Positions 27,056 to 33,137 of a stretch of DNA of 64,000 nucleotides are shown here, piece after piece. Made by a program: the position numbers and the translations under genes. The notes beneath the pieces were generated by a model that saw nothing but the letters and a program-made list of their open reading frames with translations, ran no database searches and was not told the DNA's origin. The DNA is from Deltaproteobacteria bacterium (lineage in GTDB: Bacteria; Desulfobacterota; Syntrophia; Syntrophales; UBA8958): positions 1,872 to 65,871 of the forward strand of contig JAPLJZ010000268.1 in assembly GCA_026388335.1 (NCBI GenBank), in the 5' to 3' direction. Within the stretch, counting starts at the first letter, position 1. Every line of letters starts with the position of its first letter.

Positions 27056-27097
27056 CACCGCTAAGGCACTTCGGTTCACAGAAGTGCCTTAGCGGTG
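27056..27097. other. 17-bp perfect hairpin upstream of the S41-caspase gene
   Basis: CACCGCTAAGGCACTTC-ggttcaca-GAAGTGCCTTAGCGGTG, followed on the + strand by an AT-rich stretch. Its function is unknown. Confidence 0.5.
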
Positions 27098-27523
27098 TAT
27101 AATATAATGTAATAATAAACGATATCTAGTTTCGTGTGTGGGAAACTTTTATTAATAAAGAGTAACCTTCCCATCATCAACATTGTTGATTGCTCCTTGT
27201 TTGAGTGCCGACGAGACAAAACGGGAATTTCTCTGTTTGATATCCATAACAACTCCAGTTGTTTGCGATAAGATTCGGATGTCAACGGTATTCGCCGAAA
27301 CAAGCGGCGCTTCTTGGCTGCTGCTTCCGACCAACCTCAGCTCATGACCATGACTTTTGTCTGGCTGGGAGCGCAATTGAGCCCGATATTTAATTGATAT
27401 TGCTTTTGACGGGTCGAAGTATAGGGGGGTTATTCTCGTTCGTCAAGGATATTTTGCGTCGAAAAACAGGGGCATGCGATGCGGTATGGGGAACATCCAA
27501 TAGCCTTCAGCCTTAGTTAGCAG

Positions 27524-27566
27524 CCTGGAGTCAGGCCTAAAATAAAATTAAAGACCTGGCTCCAGG
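27524..27566 (-). terminator. hairpin downstream of orphan hcp
   Basis: CCTGGAGTCAGG (27524-27535) pairs with CCTGGCTCCAGG (27555-27566) at 11 of 12 positions, with an AU-rich loop. There is no clear U-tract. Confidence 0.35.
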
Positions 27567-27578
27567 GAGAGTCGTTTA

Positions 27579-28064
27579 TTAAGCTTTCGGCGCCTTCCAG
27601 TTGTCTTCCGCCTCAATTCCGTCCGGCGTGTACGTCCAGACTACATCCTCATAGGTGAAGGCGATTTCCTGCATGTGCTTGAAGGGCTTATTCTCCTCCA
27701 GGAAGGTGTAGGGGAAAAATTCCCGGGAGTTTACAATGATCGCTTCCTTCAGCTTAATCGTGAAGTATTTTTCCTCCTGCCCTTTTTCACTGATCCGGAA
27801 GAAGGTGATCTCTGCATCGAGATGTTCACCGGAGCAGCAGGCCTGGAAGAGCTTGGGGGTGTGCTTGCCCATGTTAGTGATGAGCTTCAGGGGCAGATGG
27901 ATGCGCTGGCCCGTGGGCAAACCCGTATGGGTGTCCTTGGGAATTTCCACTGCATGGTCCATCTGATAGCAGATAATCAGATTTTCCCGGCCCTGCTGGG
28001 TGCAGTCTCCCTGAATTTCTCCCTGATTCTTGCCCGTTACCTTCATGTAAATTGTCATTGCCAT
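27579..28064 (-). CDS. hcp: type VI secretion tube protein Hcp (TssD), orphan copy
   Basis: 161 aa, MAMTIYMKVTGKNQGEIQGDC...HTGLPTGQRIHLPL, typical of the Hcp1 family. It differs at 12 positions from the copy at 39219-39704 by manual alignment. Confidence 0.93.
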   Translation of the reverse strand: MAMTIYMKVTGKNQGEIQGDCTQQGRENLIICYQMDHAVEIPKDTHTGLPTGQRIHLPLKLITNMGKHTPKLFQACCSGEHLDAEITFFRISEKGQEEKYFTIKLKEAIIVNSREFFPYTFLEENKPFKHMQEIAFTYEDVVWTYTPDGIEAEDNWKAPKA

Positions 28065-28115
28065 GGTTCATTTCCTCCTTCTTTCTTTTATTGTGTCTGT
28101 TTTAATTCCTATAGC

Positions 28116-28131
28116 AGCATATCCCGTGCCA
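28116..28131 (-). promoter_or_regulatory. sigma-54 (-24/-12) promoter of orphan hcp
   Basis: The - strand reads TGGCACGGGATATGCT, with GG and GC at the canonical spacing (consensus TGGCACG-N4-TTGC). It lies about 50 nt upstream of the hcp start. Confidence 0.7.
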
Positions 28132-28253
28132 TGAGGCAATATGCAAACATTTAAGGTAGTTGCAAAAACGCCTGCTTTGGTTGTACCCAAACATGCAAAC
28201 TTTGTGGGCAGTGGTGCCAACAATGGAGGTAGTACAAGCCGGACATAGCAAGT

Positions 28254-29489
28254 TCATTCGGTGGTAATGCCGTATCGTTTCATTTTCTTACGTAGGCCTT
28301 CCCGGCTCATCCCCATATGCCTTGCCGCTGCGGACCGGTTGCCATTTGTCGCGGCAATGGTTTCCAGAATGAGACGGCATTCCGTTTCTTTCAGCGACGG
28401 GGCATGCTCAGCGGCCATATCGGCAACCGGGGTCTCCCGCACATGATTGCGCAGATCTTCCGGAGTAATGGTGTCCGTGGCTGCCAAGGCAACAGCCCGT
28501 TCCACCTCATTTTCAAGTTCCCTGATATTCCCAGGCCAGGAATAGGCAGCCAACTTTTTCAGGGTCTCCTTCGCAAAGTGCATCGGCGGACGGCCAAGAC
28601 GTTTTACCGATTGTTCAAGAAAATAATTAAGCAGGAGCGGGATATCATCCGGTCGCTCCCGCAGCGGAGGTAAATGGAAGTGAACAACATTCAGGCGGTA
28701 AAAGAGGTCTTCGCGGAATGCTTTTGCTGTTACAGCCTTCCAGATGTCCGTGTTCGTGGCGGCGATGATGCGAACATCTACAGGGATGGATTTTCTTCCG
28801 CCGACATGCTCCAGGACCCTTTCCTGAATCACGCGCAGGATTCTGGCCTGCGCAGCGGGCGGCATGTCCCCGATTTCGTCAAAGAACAGAGTGCCGCCGT
28901 TGGCCTGTTCGATCTTGCCGATACGCTTTTCCACCCCTGTTGCCACGCCTTTTTCCACGCCAAACATCTCGGATTCGAAGATGCTCTCGGGTATCGCGGA
29001 ACAGTTCAGCGCAACAAAAGGCCCGTTACAACGGCTGCTGTTATAGTGTATGGTTTTAGCGACCAATTCCTTACCGGTTCCCGTTTCGCCCGTAATCAGT
29101 ATGTTTACGAGGCTATCGGCAATTTTTTGTACTTTGTCAAGAAGTGTCAGCAGAATGGGACTTTTACCGATGATGCGCACGGGACTGAAGTGTTGGCGGA
29201 TCGTTTGCCGTAAATTGACATTTTCATGGGAAAGGTGATCTTTCGCTGCCAGCAGTTTCTTTTCCGTTTCTTTCAAATCATCAATGACGCATTCGAGATG
29301 GTATTGCCTGGATTCGACCTGAACCATCATCATCCCGAAGGCCTCAGCCAGTTTTATGACAAGCGCGGGATAGACGCCCTCCTTGGTAAGTTCGAAAAGG
29401 ACATTCTCATTCCCGTATTTGCCGATGGAGATCTCCTGGCAGAGTCCGATGAGATACTGCAGCAATTTATCCGATTGATTCTTTTGCAT
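28254..29489 (-). CDS. sigma-54-dependent Fis-family transcriptional activator (bEBP) with atypical GAFTGA loop
   Basis: AAA+ core with Walker A GETGTGKE, LFFDEIGDM and RIIAATN, plus a C-terminal HTH (AAARHMGMSREGLRKKMKRYGI). The roughly 100-aa N-terminal region has no REC, GAF or PAS signature. The sigma-54 contact loop reads GVATGV instead of GAFTGA. Confidence 0.88.
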   Translation of the reverse strand: MQKNQSDKLLQYLIGLCQEISIGKYGNENVLFELTKEGVYPALVIKLAEAFGMMMVQVESRQYHLECVIDDLKETEKKLLAAKDHLSHENVNLRQTIRQHFSPVRIIGKSPILLTLLDKVQKIADSLVNILITGETGTGKELVAKTIHYNSSRCNGPFVALNCSAIPESIFESEMFGVEKGVATGVEKRIGKIEQANGGTLFFDEIGDMPPAAQARILRVIQERVLEHVGGRKSIPVDVRIIAATNTDIWKAVTAKAFREDLFYRLNVVHFHLPPLRERPDDIPLLLNYFLEQSVKRLGRPPMHFAKETLKKLAAYSWPGNIRELENEVERAVALAATDTITPEDLRNHVRETPVADMAAEHAPSLKETECRLILETIAATNGNRSAAARHMGMSREGLRKKMKRYGITTE

Positions 29490-29598
29490 GGGTTACTCCC
29501 TATAACTCTCACTCCCTACCGGCGATATTTATTTCATGATGGGAAGGCCTGGTTTTGTCGGAGCTCCGACATAACCTCCGACTCTCCCGGGTAAAGTT

Positions 29599-31236
29599 TC
29601 ATTTACGGGCGAAGCTTTCATGCATCTTCATGGCCACGGGCGGACCGGCCATTTTGTCCATAATAACCTCGATGTAAACGCCGGCATTGCACATCTCGGC
29701 CTTATTCATCGCCTCTTCAAGCTCGGCATTGGTGGTTACCTTTGCCGTAAACCAGTTTGTACAACCCAAGGCCTCGGGCAGTTTTGCATAGTTCCACTGT
29801 GCAAGATCGTTGTAATAGGTCATGGGCTCCCGGCAGAGCAGTCGTTCAATAAGGTAGCCGTCGTTGTTGAGACAGAAGATAACGGGCTTCAGTCCGAAAC
29901 GGCCAAACTGGCTGACTTCCTGGGCTGTAAGCTGGTGAGCACCCTCACCGGTGATGAGTATGGTCCGGCGCTCAGGAGCAGCCAGCGCCGCACCGAAGGC
30001 TGCCGGCGTAGCCCAACCTATGGAAGCCCATAAGGCCTGGTTATGAAAGACTGCACCTTTCGGCATCATTGCGCACTCGAGACCCATCGAGGTTGTTCCT
30101 GTCTCGGCAATAACAATGTCGTCAGGCTTGAAAAACCTCTCCCAGCGAGGGTAAAGGTATTCCGGTGTGATTCTGTCACTATATTTTCCTTCGGGCTCTG
30201 AAAGCCCATGGGTTTTCGGCGCGTTGATGCTCTTTTTCCCTATTTTTTTGACCAGCGCGTCAATAAGATCTTTCATTTCCACTCCGGGGTAGACCGCGTG
30301 GCCAACGCGTACGGAGTGGTGCCCCACTGCAATCATCTTGGCCTTTTCTATGACGGCAGTATAGGCCACGGTATTGAGATCGCTCCAGAGAGCACCCAGA
30401 TTCAGCACACAGTCGCAGTTTTCTATAAACTGCCGGATCTCCGGGTTAATATCGCGGCCAATGTACATACCCATAAACTGGGAATGTGTTTCGTCGAGTG
30501 CTGTTTTATCCATGGTCATGGTGGCAAAGGGGAGGCCTGTAGCCTCGATGAGTGCCTGTGCTTCAGCCCTCAGGTCCAGACGGCAGATGAGGTAACCGGC
30601 CAGAATAACGGCTATTTGCGCTATTTCGAGTTTCTCTATTATGGCGTTGACCGCAGCGTCAAGTGTGTCGGGAACACTCGAGGGAAGAGTTGCTGGGGGA
30701 AGCGCTGTACCGAGAACGGTCATCCTTGCATAGTCGTCCGGTATGGCCAAATAAACGGGACGTCGGTGTGTGAGGGCTGCATTGACGACGCGCTCCATCT
30801 CAGTGACGGCGTTCTCCGGCGTGAGGATGGCACTTGCGCAGACCGCCGGCTCCGTCATCTTCGCAAAGAGATCAAACTGACCGGTGCCAAGGGTGTGGTG
30901 TACAATCCTACGTTCTTGCTGCGTCCTTGTATTGGGCATACCGACTATATGAAAGATTGGCAGGTGTTCAGTAAAAGAACCTGCAATACCGCATAAGGCT
31001 GAAAGCTCACCGACACCGAAAGTTGTAGACAGGGCCGAGAAGCCCCTGATCCGTGCATAGCCATCAGCGGCATACGCTGCATTCAGCTCATTGCAGCAAC
31101 CGATCCAGCGCATCTCATTGTCGTTACAGACTGCATCGTTTACTGCAAAGGCGTAATCGCCAGGAACACCGAATACGTCTTTAATGCCGAGTATTTTCAA
31201 GCGTCCAAGAACATGCTCTATTACAGTTTCTGCCAT
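29599..31236 (-). CDS. thiamine-diphosphate-dependent alpha-keto-acid decarboxylase (indolepyruvate/phenylpyruvate/pyruvate decarboxylase family)
   Basis: 545 aa. VFGVPGDYAFAVNDAV...WIGCCNELNAAYAADGYARIRG...TTFGVGELSALCGIAGSFTEHLPIFHIVG...HHTLGTGQF closely follows the IpdC/PDC pattern. Confidence 0.85.
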   Translation of the reverse strand: MAETVIEHVLGRLKILGIKDVFGVPGDYAFAVNDAVCNDNEMRWIGCCNELNAAYAADGYARIRGFSALSTTFGVGELSALCGIAGSFTEHLPIFHIVGMPNTRTQQERRIVHHTLGTGQFDLFAKMTEPAVCASAILTPENAVTEMERVVNAALTHRRPVYLAIPDDYARMTVLGTALPPATLPSSVPDTLDAAVNAIIEKLEIAQIAVILAGYLICRLDLRAEAQALIEATGLPFATMTMDKTALDETHSQFMGMYIGRDINPEIRQFIENCDCVLNLGALWSDLNTVAYTAVIEKAKMIAVGHHSVRVGHAVYPGVEMKDLIDALVKKIGKKSINAPKTHGLSEPEGKYSDRITPEYLYPRWERFFKPDDIVIAETGTTSMGLECAMMPKGAVFHNQALWASIGWATPAAFGAALAAPERRTILITGEGAHQLTAQEVSQFGRFGLKPVIFCLNNDGYLIERLLCREPMTYYNDLAQWNYAKLPEALGCTNWFTAKVTTNAELEEAMNKAEMCNAGVYIEVIMDKMAGPPVAMKMHESFARK

Positions 31237-31247
31237 GTGATCTCCTC

Positions 31248-32135
31248 TTACTGGTTTTTTATTGGCCGTTGAAAGATGTTTTCCCGTTCGCGGATTTTCG
31301 GTGCGCCAATAAAATCAAAGTATTCCGTGAAAGTAAGCATCTGATCCCATATGCCTTCACTTGTTCCGGTTTCCTTCAGGCATTTCGCCCACTTTTGCAG
31401 TGCCTTCACGGTAGCATATAGAGAGGCGCAAGGATATGTAACCACATTATAACCAATTTTCTCCAATTCACCGGCGGTTAAAAAAGGTGATTCGCCTCCT
31501 TCTATCATGTTTGCCATAACAGGGACGCCAACTTCTTTCATGATCTTATTGACTTTAATCATATCTTCTTTCGTATTGAGTGCTTCGATGAAAACCATGT
31601 CTGCGCCTTCGGAGGCGTACATGCGGGCACGATTTATTGCATCATCGACGCCATACACAGCGACTGCGTCTGTTCGCGCCATGATTACAAAATCAGGATC
31701 TTTACGCGCCCACAATGCCGCTCGCAGCTTGGGTAGATATTCTTCGGTTGAGACGACGCTTTTCCCTGCCATATGACCACATCGTTTAGGATAAGTCTGG
31801 TCTTCAATGAATAGCCCGGCGGCTCCCGCTTGCTCACAATCTTGAACAGCCCGGATGGTATTATTCACATCTCCAAAGCCAGTGTCAATATCGACAAAAA
31901 CCGGAATATCCACCGCGTTGCAAATATGACGATAATTGTTAATCATTTCAGTCGCTGTGGCCAATCCAATGTCGGGGAAGCCCAAAACACTGCCTGCCGT
32001 ACCGTAACCGGCTGCAGAAATAGCTTGGAATCCGGCCTGTTCTAAAACCTTGGCTGCTAGAGCATCGTGGCAGCAAGGTAACTGTAAAATCTCAGGTGCG
32101 TTAATCAACTGCCGAAAGTAAGTGGTTTTTTTCAT
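31248..32135 (-). CDS. isocitrate lyase/PEP mutase superfamily lyase (2-methylisocitrate-lyase/oxaloacetate-decarboxylase-like)
   Basis: 295 aa. DIDTGFGD and IEDQTYPKRCGH are present; the KRCGH catalytic loop is of the lyase type, not the mutase type. Confidence 0.8.
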   Translation of the reverse strand: MKKTTYFRQLINAPEILQLPCCHDALAAKVLEQAGFQAISAAGYGTAGSVLGFPDIGLATATEMINNYRHICNAVDIPVFVDIDTGFGDVNNTIRAVQDCEQAGAAGLFIEDQTYPKRCGHMAGKSVVSTEEYLPKLRAALWARKDPDFVIMARTDAVAVYGVDDAINRARMYASEGADMVFIEALNTKEDMIKVNKIMKEVGVPVMANMIEGGESPFLTAGELEKIGYNVVTYPCASLYATVKALQKWAKCLKETGTSEGIWDQMLTFTEYFDFIGAPKIRERENIFQRPIKNQ

Positions 32136-32405
32136 TTTCTTTCTCCTCTTGTTCTGGTTATTTATTCCCGGTTAAAATCCTGTGCAGGAAAGGGGTTTTC
32201 AATTGTTTCAGGAAATATTGCTGACCATATAATAGGTCGTGCAAAAAACAAGGGTTAATCCCTTACGTCGCGCACACGATGTCCATGCGATCATGCCACT
32301 TTGTCACACTAATCAACTGCGTCCCCCATCCATTCGGATAACTTGCGCTAAGGGTCATAGATCGGAATCGTGATCCGCTTCACGATGGTCTTAAATTATG
32401 CTTTG

Positions 32406-32978
32406 TTACTCGGCCTGTGCTTTGCGACGGCGTCTGAGATATTCCGGATACCAGATGCTGATGAACATGGCCGAGACCATGAGGCTGTATGTGATTGTCT
32501 CGTATCCCCAGGCGGGCATGGCGGGTTGGATGCTCCGTTGCCAGGCCAGGGACGCGTTGATGGTGAACACCGCGCCCCATATTGCGGTCATGAAGTAGTT
32601 CGTACGCAGGAATACTGGGTTGTTCCACAGGGACTGGTCCGTGTGCTCACGGGCGTACTCCAGGGTAAAAGGACGCTTCATGGCCATGCCCACCCAGGTG
32701 CCAACGGCCAGGGCGCCGTTGGCCAGCGCACCCATGTAGTGCACGGCCCACATGTTGTTCAGAAGAATAACAGCCACAATGGCATAGGTAAAGAACAATA
32801 TGCCCACCCACATGATGACGCCCCGGTGCAGCCGGGTAATGGCCATGACCACGGTCAGGACTGCGGCCCCGATGATGCCCAGCTTGAGCCGGAACATGGA
32901 GTTCTGGGCGATAATCAAAAAGAATAACCAAGGCGCGAAACTCAATAGCATTTTTAAGAACGATTTCAAGATGGTCAT
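32406..32978 (-). CDS. hypothetical multi-pass membrane protein
   Basis: 190 aa with about 5 hydrophobic segments (FAPWLFFLIIA, IIGAAVLTVVMAI, IMWVGILFFTYAIVAVILL...). The opposite-strand ORF is low-complexity His/Gly/Pro. Confidence 0.6.
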   Translation of the reverse strand: MTILKSFLKMLLSFAPWLFFLIIAQNSMFRLKLGIIGAAVLTVVMAITRLHRGVIMWVGILFFTYAIVAVILLNNMWAVHYMGALANGALAVGTWVGMAMKRPFTLEYAREHTDQSLWNNPVFLRTNYFMTAIWGAVFTINASLAWQRSIQPAMPAWGYETITYSLMVSAMFISIWYPEYLRRRRKAQAE

Positions 32979-33137
32979 GGGTGTTTCTCCCTTAAGGCGT
33001 TAGCCGTCGATGCGGCGGTCATGCACGAAAGGCCAGCCTCAGCGCACGGTCTCTTCCGTTGCCGATTGGTTTCCTAACAATGCCACTATATTTCAACCAT
33101 GTATCCGTTGGATTAAGAGTATTGGCGACACCTCGTT

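Noticed and set aside
27106-27523. Small - strand ORFs (74-75 aa) between the S41-caspase gene and the orphan hcp, considered as possible immunity or adaptor genes
   Set aside because: They have TTG or weak starts, no RBS and no recognisable motif, and the two candidates overlap each other in different frames. This is insufficient support for a call.
29599-32135. PEP mutase plus phosphonopyruvate decarboxylase, which would mean a phosphonate biosynthesis cluster
   Set aside because: The PEP-mutase-superfamily protein carries the lyase-type loop EDQTYPKRCGH (KRCGH as in PrpB/isocitrate lyase), not the mutase-type EDK-x5-NS motif. The decarboxylase is a 545-aa IpdC/PDC-type enzyme, not the shorter phosphonopyruvate/sulfopyruvate decarboxylase type.
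32303-32314. 12-mer TGTCACACTAAT shared by the lyase-upstream region and the tssJ-upstream region (49776-49787), considered as a common operator
   Set aside because: In a 64-kb window hundreds of 12-mer coincidences are expected by chance. The distances to the two start codons differ (about 170 nt against about 45 nt). Only the tssJ copy overlaps a plausible -10.
32370-32927. 185-aa + strand ORF fully overlapping the 190-aa - strand ORF
   Set aside because: The + strand product is His/Gly/Pro-rich low-complexity. The - strand product has regular hydrophobic helices and a basic C-terminus, as expected of a membrane protein. The - strand was chosen, with moderate confidence only.
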